Positions 1 through 13,689 of a stretch of DNA of 64,000 bases are shown here, piece after piece. Position 1 is the first letter of the stretch. Each line of letters starts with the position of its first letter. The notes under the pieces are model-generated. The model did no database searches. It saw only the letters and a list, made by a program, of their open reading frames with translations, and was not told where the DNA came from. The DNA is from Eledone cirrhosa (taxonomy: Eukaryota), in the NCBI GenBank assembly GCA_964016885.1, contig OZ024746.1:11842001-11906000 (forward strand), in the 5' to 3' direction. A program made the translations under genes and the position numbers.

Positions 1-159
1 TTTCTGTTCATACTGGTCATAACTTGCCACTCATACTGATGTTAAGGTATTGTTCTCAAAATAAATAATATCAAACTCTCATAGATTCAATATTATGTGA
101 GATAAAGCTTTACTGCGAAAATGCAATAGTATATATAGAATAATGTAAATGCTAAAGGA
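1..159 (+). mobile_element. Right part of a piggyBac-like non-autonomous MITE (family A), cut by the window edge
   Basis: Near-identical to the interior of 1580-1778; ends AAATGCTAAAGGA followed by TTAA. Confidence 0.75.
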
Positions 160-349
160 TTAAGTCTTGAGTTCTCTTTAGATACATTCATAAGGGAATG
201 ATCAGTCCTATTGTTTCTGGGGAAAGGAATAAATAGTTTTGACATTTATATCTCTCTGAATTACATTATCAGAGTCAATAAAATAGCCAACCTTGAGAAT
301 TGAAGCTGGGTCATTGATTCTGTCTGTCAGAAATATTTACTACCTACAC

Positions 350-507
350 CAGTAATCTGTGGCCCACGAGACGTATGTGGCCTGTTTGGCTTTCTGAATG
401 GCATACCTAATTTCAAAATTGCCCTGAAAGTTTTTAGTAGTGCAGTCCATCTTATAATGAACCACATCCTATGCAGCCCACTGCTTGAAAAGGTTTACCC
501 ATGCCTG
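350..507. mobile_element. Degenerate hAT/Charlie-like MITE remnant
   Basis: Repeated TGTGGCCC/GCAGCCC subterminal motifs and a right end GAAAAGGTTTACCCATGCCTG typical of hAT MITEs; left end and TSD unclear. Confidence 0.35.
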
Positions 508-1579
508 ACCTACACTATATCATTCATTTACTGTTAGTATTGAATACTAATGCTTCTCATGCTTAAGAACTGAACAACCATTGTGATCAAATCCTTATTG
601 TATATAGCATCTCTATTCATCTCTGTAACTGAAATATTTACAGCATATGGATTAATGGTAATCAACTCACTCTTAGGTTCTTGGATTCTGTCAACAATCT
701 TACAATGTCTACTACAAAACAATCAAATAAAGATAAGATTTATTTACTACCTACTCCTGTAGAGATAACTACAATATCAAAAGCTTACTATAACAGTTAT
801 AAACCAAGTATACTGTTTCACTCAACTTCAAGTCTACTTTTATCAATTCTGTATAAATTGTGTTTGCTTGTATAAATGTATGTATGTATATACATATATA
901 TATACGTCCCACCCTTGCAAGCAGGGAAAAGCGGACGTAAAATGATGATATATATATAAATAATGTATGTATGTACATACCTATCTTTCTATCAATCTTT
1001 AACTGATATATATATCAACAAAGGATGTAAACATTGGCATGAAAACTGTGTTCTTCCAGCAAAGTTCCCCGAGATAGTTGTTCTACACCAAGATACAGAT
1101 ACTTCCTTGACACACTCACTATCAGAAATGCAGTGAACCAATGATAAGACCAGTGGAAACCTGTGACACCATCCATCCACCCACTTGCTCCAACCACACC
1201 TCCTCATGATCTGCCCTCTCCCACAACATATGTCTCCTTTTGGACCATGCACAGCCCACAATGTCAGACACCATCAACTTGTTTCAAAGCTACCTTCATG
1301 ACCCAACCACCACCTGGCAATGTCTGTGCCAAGCCTGAACCCTCATCAATGCCTCCCCAGCAACACCAAGGACACTGAGCCCCTCAGTGCTCGAATGTGA
1401 TAGTGCTGGTACTATACATGTATCCTCCACAAACTTGGGGTCATATTTCTATAAAAGAAACCATCATAGTTCACTCTAAAGTTTTTGAACATGCAAATAT
1501 GATGATCATCAGATTTTAAAGAAAAGACATCCATTTTATGTTTGTAGAAGTAAGAATACAAACAATCCAAGTTAATTAA

Positions 1580-1778
1580 CCCTTTTAGCATTTAACCTGG
1601 CCATATCCAGCCAGAATTCTCTCACCCCTTTCTGTTCGAACCGGCCACTCATACTTCTGTTAAGGTATTGTTCTCAAAATAAATAATATCAAAATCTCAG
1701 AGATTCAATATTATGTGAAATAAAGTGTTTACTGTGAAAATACAATAGTACATATAGAGTAATATAAATGCTAAAGGG
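1580..1778 (+). mobile_element. piggyBac-like MITE, family A
   Basis: TTAA-CCCTTTTAGCATTTA ... TAAATGCTAAAGGG-ATAA: terminal inverted repeats with CCC/GGG ends and a (mutated) TTAA target; at least 7 full or partial copies in the window. Confidence 0.8.
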
Positions 1779-2899
1779 ATAATCATATTCTACCTATCAT
1801 TACTTACCTTTACTAAAATAAAGAGATTCTTATAAAATCCACTTAGTCGAATTTCTTTCATAATTTATTCATAGGACATCATGATATTGAACAACCAGTA
1901 GATGAGTCTATAGTAAATAATAATTGTACCATAGTCAATATACTTAACTCTCTGTACCCCAGTACACCTAACTAGGTTAGATGGCTCATCACAGTATGCA
2001 CAGAAAAGCTAATAAGTGTTTCATTAATTTGAATTACAGGTGTCATGTATCCATGTTACAAGTGCTAATAATTCCATCATCACCATCACTCCAGAGTAGA
2101 TTTTAAAAAAAAAATTATTCATGTAGAAGTTCATATCAACATTTTTAATGTTTTCCATATCAGCATGGGTTGGATGGTTTTTGTTTGATCGATTGTTTGT
2201 TTTGATGGATTTTTTTGTTTGTTTGTTTTTTACAGCTGGAAGACCTTCTTAACAATAACCATTCAACTGTAAAGTAGGAGTGAAACTTCCTACTGTCTTT
2301 GTCTGACAGGAAAGAAAGTGCAAGCAAAGATATGTCTCTTTCACTATCATACAATATAATGGCTTTAATTTGAATTAATGACTATGCTGTCAGAAATCCA
2401 GCACCTTAATTCCACAGCCATTTCAAAACAGATTTCTTTCACATTATATAACCTGTATGTACTCCAATCAGTATGACTATTCTAGTTTATAAACATCATT
2501 ATTTATTTTAGTGAAATGGGATCTAGATTAAAACTGAATATGCTGTAACATCTATCCCAAGAAAGATAGTGCATGCTTTAAAAACATACACATAAAAGCA
2601 AGGCCTCTGAGATAAATTTCCAAGGCAAAACAAGACTACTTATGGGCTCCAATCAAAATTCAAGTGGGCTGAGAGGCTTCTTTTAAGGTCAAATGTTAGG
2701 TATTCACAAGGTTTTTCTTGGTTCTTTGTGCTCTGAACTGATGTACTAGCTGAACAACAATCAAATGTTTGCAAACAATATACTACTATATTCACGTACT
2801 TATGACAGTGAAGTGACATAGTAGATAAGGTGTTGCAATATTGGTTTACATGTCATAAGTTCATATATTCTTCTTGAGAAAATGCAACTGTGTAACAAA

Positions 2900-3160
2900 A
2901 CTTAGAATACTATACAGAATTCTCTGGTTTTGGCCTGGAAAACTATACTAAACAAAATAGGACTGAGGACAGAGCCTTAACAACCTTTACTTGCACAATA
3001 GATTCTTCACTGAACTCATTGCTAACCCTCACTTTAGTGATAGCATCTCAGTACATAGCTTACATCACTCTCAAGTCATTCATCAACACCTAGTTTTCTT
3101 AAAGTCCACCAGACTAAAAAGCATTGTACTCTGTAAAAGCATTCTCCAAAACAAATACTA
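2900..3160 (-). mobile_element. Decayed RTE-clade LINE reverse-transcriptase fragment
   Basis: Reverse complement reads LENAF-RV...VWWTLRKLGVDE...GSVLSPILFSIVFQA with frameshifts; homologous to 33350-33665 and 35850-36070. Confidence 0.75.
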
Positions 3161-3185
3161 GATATAGTGAATTATTTTTAACTAA

Positions 3186-3503
3186 GTGCCACCAGTACTA
3201 GAGGGGTTGTCAGGACTGAAGTACTTCCTATTGAGCCACCAGCACTAGAGAGGTTGTCAGGACTGAAGTACTTCCCAGTGTGCCACCAGTACTAGAGAGG
3301 TTGTCAGGACTGAAGTACCTCTCAGTGTGCCACCAGCATTAGAGAGGTTGTCAGGACTGAAGTACCTCTCAGTGTGCCACCAGCATTAGAGAGGTTGTCA
3401 GGACTGAAGTACCTCCCAGTATGCCACCAGCACTAGAGAGGTTGTCAGGACTGAAGTACCTCCCAGTGTGCCACCAGCACTAGAGAGGTTGTCAAAACTG
3501 ATG
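3186..3503. repeat. 47-bp minisatellite, about 6.7 copies
   Basis: Unit GTGCCACCAGCACTAGAGAGGTTGTCAGGACTGAAGTACCTCCCAGT starting at 3186, 3233, 3280, 3327, 3374, 3421, 3468. Confidence 0.97.
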
Positions 3504-3879
3504 TTTCTTCTACAGTCAGTTTCTTTTTTCTTTTTTCCGAACTACTGTTCTCTTTGATGGGGTATCATCATTGAAGCCTTACGAAGGCCATATCTCCTCC
3601 ATGCAGTTTTATTCTGAGCTACTGCTCCCCCAGATGGGTTGCCTTCACTGCAGCTTGTGGAGTCCATGTTTTCCTCATGTAAACCTTTAACAGTATTATG
3701 CCTTTAAAGTGAAAATTCTTGATTATTGCATTGTAAAGAAAAAGGGAATGAGAACTAGGTAGTTCGTTGAGGACAGAGCGAGAGGAAATACAGGTCATAA
3801 AGGAATATGACAGTAGGAAAAAAAGAGAGGGGAGCATAGACAGGAAAAGATGGATATGTAAGGAGACATATGGATGCTT

Positions 3880-4150
3880 TATTGTTGTGGTGGAGACCTA
3901 TAATGAATAAATGTGGGGTGAGGACAGAGCTTCCTTTAGCGAATACTTACTTGTACACTAAATTTCCCATTAATGTCATTTCTGGTCCTAACCTTGAATA
4001 CAATACTCAAAATCAAGGCCTTAGTTCACCTCCTAGTTTCTTTAGCACCCATAATACTATATATGGAACCTTGACAAAGTTCTTTTCCAGGTTAATTGTC
4101 TCACCCAAAATATTGCAGTAATCCAATCCAAACTGCATCTTTTGAGAAAC
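3880..4150 (-). mobile_element. Decayed RTE-clade LINE RT fragment
   Basis: ORF 4013-4246 contains MQFG...LEKNFVKVPYIVLWVLKKLG (cf. LEKAFDRVP..LWW.LRKLG); further on, SVLTPHLFII in another frame. Confidence 0.65.
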
Positions 4151-4803
4151 ATTTTGATAATAATTGCTAACATTCCCGCAATTATTTCCAATACATGAGC
4201 CATTTATTTCAAGCATCATTAAATATATTAATTGTCTCAGGTGCATCTTTTTTCTCCTTATAACAATATTGCAAGTTAATAATAATAATAATGGTGCTGT
4301 TGATAATGATGAGAAATGTAATTATAATAATTTATCGTTATTATTATGTTATATTTTTAATAGATTTCTTACATAAATATAAAGTTTAAAAGGAAAATTG
4401 GATTAAATAATTTCACAGTTCAGTATAAAATTAATTTTCAAATCTTAGTCCTTCTTCAACTCATGCATATTCAATAAATATATAATTCATAATCCATACC
4501 AAAACAAATTTAACCATTCAATATATTTCTTCTTCACCCACTTATTCCTGTGAGGGACGTGGGGGAAGAATGCTCAAACAATATATTTCTAAATATTAAA
4601 ATGTTACTGAAATGTGAAGAAAAGAAAAACAAACAATTTTCTTTTTAATAAAACTTTATTGGAGAAAATTCTGACATGAGCAAACAAAACAATGTTCTTT
4701 ATTACATAATATTTGGAAACAGCAAGGTCATCAAGTAACATATATACCGTTTTATAAGTTACAGTTTTTCCACTAAAAACATTGGGTGCCAAAAGCCACA
4801 TGG

Positions 4804-4955
4804 GATTTATCTATTGAACCTTGTTCTAATGAAATACACTTCCTCTATGTATTTCAATTTTTTTTTAAATAATCAAGAATTTGGATTATTTAAAAAACTA
4901 TTTGAAATGCATAGAGGAAGTGTATTTCATTAGAGCAAGGTTTAATAGATAAATC
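4804..4955. repeat. Long inverted repeat (about 70-bp arms, loop under 10 nt)
   Basis: GATTTATCTATTGAACCTTGTTCTAATGAAATACACTTCCTCTATG... is mirrored by ...CATAGAGGAAGTGTATTTCATTAGAGCAAGGTTTAATAGATAAATC. Confidence 0.95.
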
Positions 4956-6046
4956 ATATAAAAATAATCAAGAATTTGGGCATAAACAACAAGCAAATGT
5001 TAGTCATATAAAACCTAAGTAGAGTGCAATAACAAATCTAGAATGTACTTTCATAACCTCCCAACAAACCCAAATCTCAAATACCCAGAAAACAGGACCT
5101 ATGGATTGCAACTAGTTATCTTCCAGACAACCTACATGCAAGTTTTCCTTCACTAGGGCTGATTACAAGACTACAAAATAAACTTGTCTTGAATATACTG
5201 TCTGAAAATATCATAAAATGGTCATGATTGGAATGCTTTTGATCACAGATTTGCTCAATTAGCACTGACCTAGCGCTAACCAAGTCATTTGCTATCCTAC
5301 TGTTTCAAGCTATTAAAAACTAAAGTCAAAAGTTAATGAAATAGAGATGCATAAAACATAATTTAGTGTATATGTCTGTGTGCATGTGTATGAGTAGAAT
5401 GGTGGTAAGTTACCAGTAAACTGAGATCTGTGATTATTTTATTTCCTGGTGGAGCAATTCACTTTGCTTCATGATGTTTTACATCAAAATCAAGAAGTAA
5501 GAATTAGCTTTCTCAGACTTAAACTAATGAAATTATGTAGTATCCATTCAATAAAATCATCAGAAAGATTCAGTTGGTCTATATCATCATTGAAAGCCTT
5601 TGAAATGTTGGAGAACATTTTTTCCTAAAAGCGATGTCATATTAAACACAAATAAATAGAGTAGAACAATCCTACATCCACTTAGACTAAAAACTAATAA
5701 TAACTAAGCAATGGAGTGATATGACTGATAAAACAACATTTTGTTACATTACTTAGTGTTCAGAGTTCAAACCCTAACAAGTTCAACTTTTTTTCATCTT
5801 TCCATGTATCAATGAAATAAGTGAAGAACAGGGGTTAATTTCATTGACTATAGCCTGGCGTCCATGTTAGAATATGAATTAATACCAATTTGTTAAGTTA
5901 GTATAAACAGTAATGTTGAACCTAACATTCTCAATTCAATCATCTATACTTTCACTGATGAGACTTAGCTTATGTCTAATCTGAAATTATAATATATATA
6001 TTGGTTTCCACCTGTTTGTGATGGGGCTGATTATGTTGATAGGACT

Positions 6047-6079
<33 letters not shown>

Positions 6080-6081
<2 letters not shown>

Positions 6082-6460
6082 CATCATTTGATGTTGGTTA
6101 GCAAGAGTCGAACAAGTTGTCAAAGACAGAGTCACCACTTAGACAGGCTGGAGCTCACATTTCACTAACATATGTTCCTGCACTCTACATTGTGCATTGG
6201 ATGCATTTTATTGTGGCACCAGCACTAGGGTGGTTGTCAGGTCTTTGGCACAGCTGAAGAGTTCTAACTCTTTTTTTAGTGGGTTTTCTATGGTTGGATA
6301 CATTTCCTATCATCTTAGCAGAGTATACTGGGTACATTTATCATATAGATCAACAACACTAGAGAGATTGTCATACTCTTGGCACATATAAAGAGTCCTC
6401 TTGACACTTTTTTGGCATAGTTTCTACAACTGAATACCATTCCCTCACCAAACACCTCTT
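6080..6460 (-). mobile_element. Dispersed SINE-like repeat with internally repeated module
   Basis: Module CACCAGCACTAG(A/G)GAGGTTGTCA..TCTTTGACACAACTGAAG..TTTCTACAGCTGGATGCCCTTCC recurs here and at about 10640-10870, 24580-24790, 28088-28560, 44309-44705, 52920-53240. Confidence 0.65.
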
Positions 6461-8659
6461 CAATCCTTACAAAAATATATTTTAATAAATTGTAACTTCA
6501 AATAACAAAGACTTAAGGGTTTTAGTTAGATCAATAGAGGTCAGCACTGAATTAAATTAATCGCATTCAAGGAAGTGATGATTGGTTTCAAAACCTATTT
6601 GCTTAACCCTTACACTTGAAAAGATTAGAAAAATGGACTAGTTAAGTATATATTCCAACAATTCCTACAAAGAAACAAATTTGTAGACATATCTAATTCA
6701 TGCTGATAACTAGATAAATATAAAAGTAATATTTAAGTCATTTTGAAGATTATGGAAGTACTAAAAATATCAAAGTTATGAGCTGTTACTGAGCATAATC
6801 CATTTTTAAAGATCAATTGATTTGTTTGACAACTCGAGATTATAACATCTTCACATAATCACAGATTTAACATTTTCATGTACATGTGTGGGTGTGTTTA
6901 CGTAACTACATATCAATACATAAATACACACACATAACTACATATCAATACATAAATACACACACATAACTACATATCAATACACACACAACTGGTGAGA
7001 TCTTTCAACTGACAATGAAATTAAGATAATTCAAAATGTCAATTATTTAATAGAACTGTGACATTTAAATTGATATTTTCAAGCAGTTCTATAAAAATGG
7101 AAATATGTTAAATGTTTATTTAAATATGTTTTTTCTTTCCTATGAGCAGCAGCTGTACTGCAACAAACTCAGGATGAGAATTTCAAAAATATGAACTTAT
7201 GATTTTATCATTTTTAAAAATCACTTTCTCTTTTCTTTGTTGTTTTTTTTTTACATTTGCTGCTGAATAGTTGTCCAAATTTGGATGCTTGCATGACTAA
7301 TAATTAACAGTTCACAAGTTTGACAGCTAGATTTCTTTCGTCAATCAACCATAATAAAATGCTTATTTTTTAGAAGCAAGTAAGCTGATGCATAACTATT
7401 TGATAGAACTTGAAGGTTATAAAGGCTAAGCAATTAAAATCCCTTATGAATAGTACCAAAATTGTATCAGCTTTAATTTCATTTAAAAAATTTTTTTTAT
7501 TTACATTTCCTTTAAATTCTGAGTCCAAATCCCATAGGATCAACTTTATCTTTCACCCTTCTCGAGTCAATAAAAGAAAATACCACTTAAATATTGAGGT
7601 AGATTATAATAATTTGTACACTTTCCCAGCATTTATGGCTTTTTGTTAATGTTAGAAATTATTGTTAAAAAGCTTTTTATAATTATTGTTAAAAAGCTTT
7701 TTATAATGAAACAAATTATTTTATCAAATGCTTTTTGTTTAATAGAACTTTAACAAAAAAAAAAAAAATTTTTTTAAATCATTGCATTAAGAAAAATCCA
7801 ATCAGATATCAGACAAATTAAAGACAAAATGGCTAAATTGAGATACAAATCTTTGCAACAGAGTTGGTTGGCAAAGAACTTCTCACTTTTACAAAGAATA
7901 TAAAACTTTTAAAAAATATATTTTTAGAAAAAAAAAATTCTTACTTATATTTGTATTTTGTGTAAGCTTAGTCGAGATTTTCAACACTATTTAATATAAA
8001 ATTGTTTTTTTTTAACTTTATGAGTCTTGACTACAGTTAAGAGGAACCCTAGAGGTTACTTCAAGAATATAGTACAAGTAAATCTAAAGACCCATGGTTG
8101 AGCAATACAACAGTGCAGATATATTATACTGGGACAAAACCTTGTAAGGATTATAGCTAATTAAATGACCACAGTATATTACTGGTTGAATATTAAGGTA
8201 AGCTACTCCAGCATAGAATGAGATCATCCAAACCTCACAGCATCATATAGATGTGGACATTTGCTTCATCAAATCCTCTACCAATGATGTTAAAGCAGTT
8301 GGAGTTTTGCAAAGTTTGGTGGGAGACCAAGCTGTTCTCACAAAAACCTTTCACTCTTGTCAAAGGTATTTCATGTATATGGTGGGACTAAAATATATGA
8401 CTAAGAAAAAATATAGAATATTCACTAATATATGGATATATACAAAATTAAACAGGTTTCAGCAAATACTGGCCCAGTCAAACTTAATAGAGCCACCTGT
8501 AGCATTTTAGCAATATTAAGACACAACACAATCTATAATGTTTCTCTTCAAACACACTCCTTGATTTCATTAACATACATTTCAAATAAAACCTAAGGAA
8601 ATGCAAAAAAGACAACTATTGGATTAAATAAGAAAAAAACAACAAACCTTTAGCAAGAT

Positions 8660-9035
8660 TTCTAATTGGGATTATCACTCCCAATTACCATTGCTTAGGT
8701 GCCTTTCTAGAGATCCAGCCACCTGACACACACAAGTTAGCTTGGTTGCTCCAGGTAGAGTTGCTACTGCTCTGAATTGAGAGATCACAGCTCCGATATT
8801 ACAAATATGTAGTCATAATCTCTAAGGAAAGAATCACTAGACAGATTTTATGGGTAAAATCAACCAGCAGAAGTATATCCTTAGCAAGATAATTGGATAA
8901 CATCCATAAGATTGGTTGGTCTCACCTGGGGATCCAGCTGAATCAGTTGGAGACAGTTGCCTCTGACAGGACCTGTTAGAAGGCATGCTTAAGGAGACTA
9001 TTTCCATGTCCCATCCAATAATAAGTGGGCAAAGA
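8660..9035. mobile_element. Two short RTE-LINE fragments (about 8660-8740 minus; about 8925-9035 plus, 3' end)
   Basis: First matches 48130-48205; second matches the reverse complement of 34655-34765. Confidence 0.6.
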
Positions 9036-9225
9036 TATATTCTAGTTGAATATCTGAAGCAATAGACAGGTGAGCAGATAAACAGCACATGACAACCTTT
9101 AATCAACTGGTTCATGCTGTTACCGTTGGCCACTATATACACACATTTTAATCGTTAACAGTTAAATGATATCTTGAACAAAAAACAATTTAGTTGAATG
9201 TCCACCACACACACAAAATAATAAT

Positions 9226-9398
9226 TGTTTCTACTTTAGGCACAAGGCCAGTAATTACCCAGTGCATTACTGGTACTTTATTTTATCGACCCCGTAAGGA
9301 TGAAAGGCAAAGTCAACCTCGGCGGGATTTGAACTCAGATCGTAAAGGGACGTAACTATGCTGGAAAGCATGGCGTCCGACCCTCTGCCAATCCACCG
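9226..9398 (-). mobile_element. tRNA-derived SINE with 16-bp target-site duplication
   Basis: Minus strand has B-box GAGTTCAAATCCC and core GTTGACTTTGCCTTTCATCCTTACGGGGTCGATAAAATAAAGTACCAG; TSD CACACAAAATAATAAT at 9210-9225 and 9399-9414. Confidence 0.9.
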
Positions 9399-12300
9399 CA
9401 CACAAAATAATAATGCAATTACAAAAGTTTTCAATCCACATCTAGAATTTCAAATATTCCAGATGATTTTAAAAAAAAAATGTATATTGATATTTCTAGA
9501 CTATTAATCTCATTTTTAATATTCTGATCATTTTCATGCTCACCATTGTAACAGAAGAAAAGACAAGATTGTCTCCCTAAATAGGAATGAGAAACAATCG
9601 GTGAAGAAGTTAGCAACCCATACCATGTCAACAGCACTACATTGTGTCCTTGATCTTAACTCTCAACAGCAGAGTTTATCATTAATAGGTCATGGCAGCA
9701 GTGTAGATTTGACAAGTAATTTGTAAGTTTATATACAGTGCCAAATCCTCCAATTCTCCCACAGCAAATGAGAGCTGTGGTAGACTAGCATCCTGTCCAA
9801 TAGGAAATTTGCTATCCTTCATAAACTTTAACAAACACCAATCCAATGGATCTCTTTTGATTTGTCATGAAATGCTACATGATAAGACTATTATTATCCA
9901 GGAGAGATTTACCTTTCATTTATTTAGTAAAAAGAAATCACTATCAGTACTAGAGTCCTTAATCATTTCCTTTTTTATAATACTTTTAATATGAGGTTTT
10001 GAGAAAACACATAGAAAGAGAAATATGTAATATTTTTCTTTTATTATTGTAAATAAATTAATATTAGACAGTTTTATGAGAAAAGTAAAACTACAGCCAT
10101 CACTCACAACTAAATATGATTCAATAGTATGTACCATGATTTTGCTAAGGGTTTTGGGTGCCCATGCACTCCCTTTGTCAAGTGAAACATCCAGGAGGAA
10201 AGAGGGCTGCACCAGCACTAGGGTGGTACTTTCCTTACCGAAAATGATGGAGGACAAAGTGGACCTCTGAGGGAGAGTGCAGAGACCCAGATCAAATGTC
10301 CAACACTCTAATCAACTGCCTCATTATTAGAGAAGCTACACGATACTTTAGACTATTTCTCAATTTCATAATCATCTTCACATATATTCCTACATACATA
10401 TATATTTTACTACTTAGTTAAGGAAGGGCAGCGCACCTGACCTTTTTCAGAGCCTCCAAGACAGGCGATGGTAGGAGTTGAATTTAGAACACAAAGACCC
10501 AGCACAAATGCAGTAAGGTGTCTTGTTTGACACTAATAATTCTGCCAATGTTACTCTAGTTTGGTAGTTTATGGCATCCAGCTTCAGAGAGTTCGCCAGT
10601 TGTGTCATCAAAGATATGGCAACTTCTCTAATGCACCCAATACACTCTGAAAATTTTAGCCATAGAAAACCTGCCAAAGGGTTAGAAGGACTCTTTAGCT
10701 GTTTCATAGACATGGACACCTCCCTAGCGCTGGTGCCACGATAAAATGTACTCAGTAGACTGCAGGATTGTATGTAAGCAAGATACAGGTTCTTGGCATA
10801 TCAGGGAGATCTGTAGCTCCACCAGTGCTGACTCAGTCTGTGAAGACCCATCCAATCCTTGCTAGATAATGATGAAAGGTAAAATTGACCTCAGTGGGAT
10901 GTGAACATTTTGTCCTACACTAACAAATTTGCTAATTCGCAACCAATACAAAATATGCACACATCTATCCTCTACCCTATGAATGGACACACACACAATT
11001 ATTTATAATTTCAACACTTTACCGTCAAATATAAATTTAATAAATTAAAATTAAAAACCATTGTTGCTTCGATAACTGAAATTATAATCGATTAAATATC
11101 TTTCTCAGAAGCAATGGAAGAAAATCTTTTTTTAAGGGTGGGGTGGGGGGCACAAAGTTTCCAGGAACTAGCTCCAGATCTGTGAGAGAAATATCCTCCT
11201 GGGTAGGATATCAGACTATCACAAGAGGAATTCCAAAACAATCTTTAAAATTGAATTAAATTTAATACATCTAAAATTGCAGTTAAATTTAGTCAACGAT
11301 TTATAATTTTGGGGGTTTACTGGCCTAAAAAAAAAACAACTGATTTTTAATTTTTATTTCTTTCCTACAAATGAAAACAAGTTTACTTCAGTAATTATGG
11401 AAAAGGCAAAAGAAAGAAAAAAAAAATCTTATTAATGGAAAGCTTAAATAAATTAACGAACAATATTAAAAATCAAACAAAAAAACAAAAGTAGCTTATT
11501 AATTGATTCAGATATTAGGTAGCGCAAGTTTATTTGAAGATGGTTAATTTTGCTGGAAGGTCCTAAGCTTGTTTAGAATGAGTGCGTGATATGCATGTAT
11601 ATCTATTTAGAATCATGAGTGTGCGCTAATGTTAGTCAAACCATCCATTTTCCTATGTGGAGCAGCAGCAGCAGTGAAAACAAGGTCAAAACGAAGAATA
11701 AAAGCCAGTCGCGCAATCCGATCACTAACAAATCGTCTGCAGAACTTTTTAACTTGATTATATATTTTATATTATACAGTAAATAAAATTATTTTAAAAA
11801 TAGAAAAATAACCCCACTAATATGTATATATATTTCTATATAGATATGTGTGTGTGTACATACACATATACATGCTACGCCATCTACGAAAGCGGTTTAC
11901 ACATTGCTTTCTTGTGAGATTCGAAAAAGTTTTCTATTCAATCGAATATATTATACTGAAATCGTGTGTATATATAGGTATATAAGAATTACACTTCTTA
12001 TTAAAATATTGTTAAAAATTTAAAGATTACTGTTTTTTTAATAATCTTTATTAGCTAGAACATTTGTAAAAAGAGAATGGAAGGCTAGCTGTTGTAGAAA
12101 TAATGGTAAATTGCATAATGATATGCCAAGTTTTGAAGGTGACTAGGAATATTGCTTTGTATGGATCGATAAGGATGGTAGGTTGAGGACAGCGGCGGGC
12201 GGTTGGCACATTGTGTGTGTATGTGTATGTTTTCTGTATGCGTGGTATTTATGCCAACAAGCCTTATCTTAGCACAGCATACTGACTGAAACACAATCAG

Positions 12301-13689
12301 CTTGGTTTATGGACGGAGAGTTCTAAGATAATATATAAAATCATAAAATAGGATGCTGACAATGGATAATCAACACATTTAGAAATTACAGCGAATTTCT
12401 CCCTTCTTTCTTTCTCAAAGTGCAGACTAACAAAAAAAAATCTCCATGTATGTTTAAACAATTCTATTAAAAAAAAAAAAAATCATAGAAATGGAACATA
12501 TGAATTTTTTTTTCAAAGAGTTCATATAGAATCTGAATTAAAACTGGCTAAATCGTTATCCTTCAGTAATAGAATAAAGGCAAAGTCTAAGGGGAACAAA
12601 TGTCTAAATTACATATATAATATAGTATATATATGTTGTTCTCTGGAGGATTTTATCTATTGCCTCCCTTCCTTTAACGGTTTTTAACATTTTTAAACCT
12701 ATAAAATCTCATCTTTCATTAAGACTATTTCTAATTTTAATCATATACAGGTAAAAGAAAAAAATATAAATTATCTTCAAATTTATTTCGAATAATACGA
12801 GCATACATTTCTAAACACAGACATATACGGCAAGCCTTAAACAAGACTATATTTTCAAGTTTTGCCTATATAACTCAATATATCACATCGCGCTAAAAGT
12901 ACAAGTTCTTGAATGGAAAATATTAGTATTTCCATATTTATTTTTAGTTCGTTTAACTGCTAATAATTTAATTTACTCAGATACAAAATAAATCTTATAT
13001 TCCCTCCCCGCGGTTTTTTTTTTCCAAAAAATTTTGCCATCAAAATGAAGGTTATTAAACCAAGAAATAAGACTTATTTATAAACAGCTCAGAAAATCCA
13101 CCGTCAGTCATTGTAAATTGAACACACGTGCTGCTCAAGCTTTAGAACACTTCAGATACAAATTGACACTCGTTCGAAAAGACATTGTTCATATTAATAA
13201 AAAAACACACAATACATACACACACATATATATATGTATATATATCGCTTAGTAAATTAAGAAACCGGGAAAGAGTAGCATTTGAAAACAAAATTGGGTA
13301 TATGTTAGACAAAAAAAAAAAAAATCGAAGTAAACAAGTTTTTTCTTCAAAGTGCCAAATGAAGTAAAGTGTTTAAGCGAGCAGTATTATCGTATTCGCC
13401 TTTTTCAAATCATCATCAGTGGAATTATGGCGTCATTTGTAGCGAATTTAAAAGAAAAATATTTTAAAATAATAATAATAATAATAAATATGAAAAAGAA
13501 ACAAAAGCAAACAACGAAAATAAATAAATCAAAACAAAATTTCTAGCTTCATTCCCCACCACGACCATCTCCTTCCATCATTTTTGCTACATTTCCTCCC
13601 CTTCCTCAATCTAATACATGAAGTGTAATTACACACTCACAAGTCAATCTGTCTTTCCTCCCTAATTCTGTCTACTGTTTTTTTTTCTA

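Noticed and set aside
3186-3503. CRISPR-like appearance of the 47-bp array (also 59436-59952)
   Set aside because: Units are head-to-tail with no unique spacers, no cas genes, eukaryotic context.
5954-6000. CTGATGAG...GAAATTATAAT as another hammerhead
   Set aside because: Stem II is bulged and weak and no stem I forms; likely chance in AT-rich DNA.
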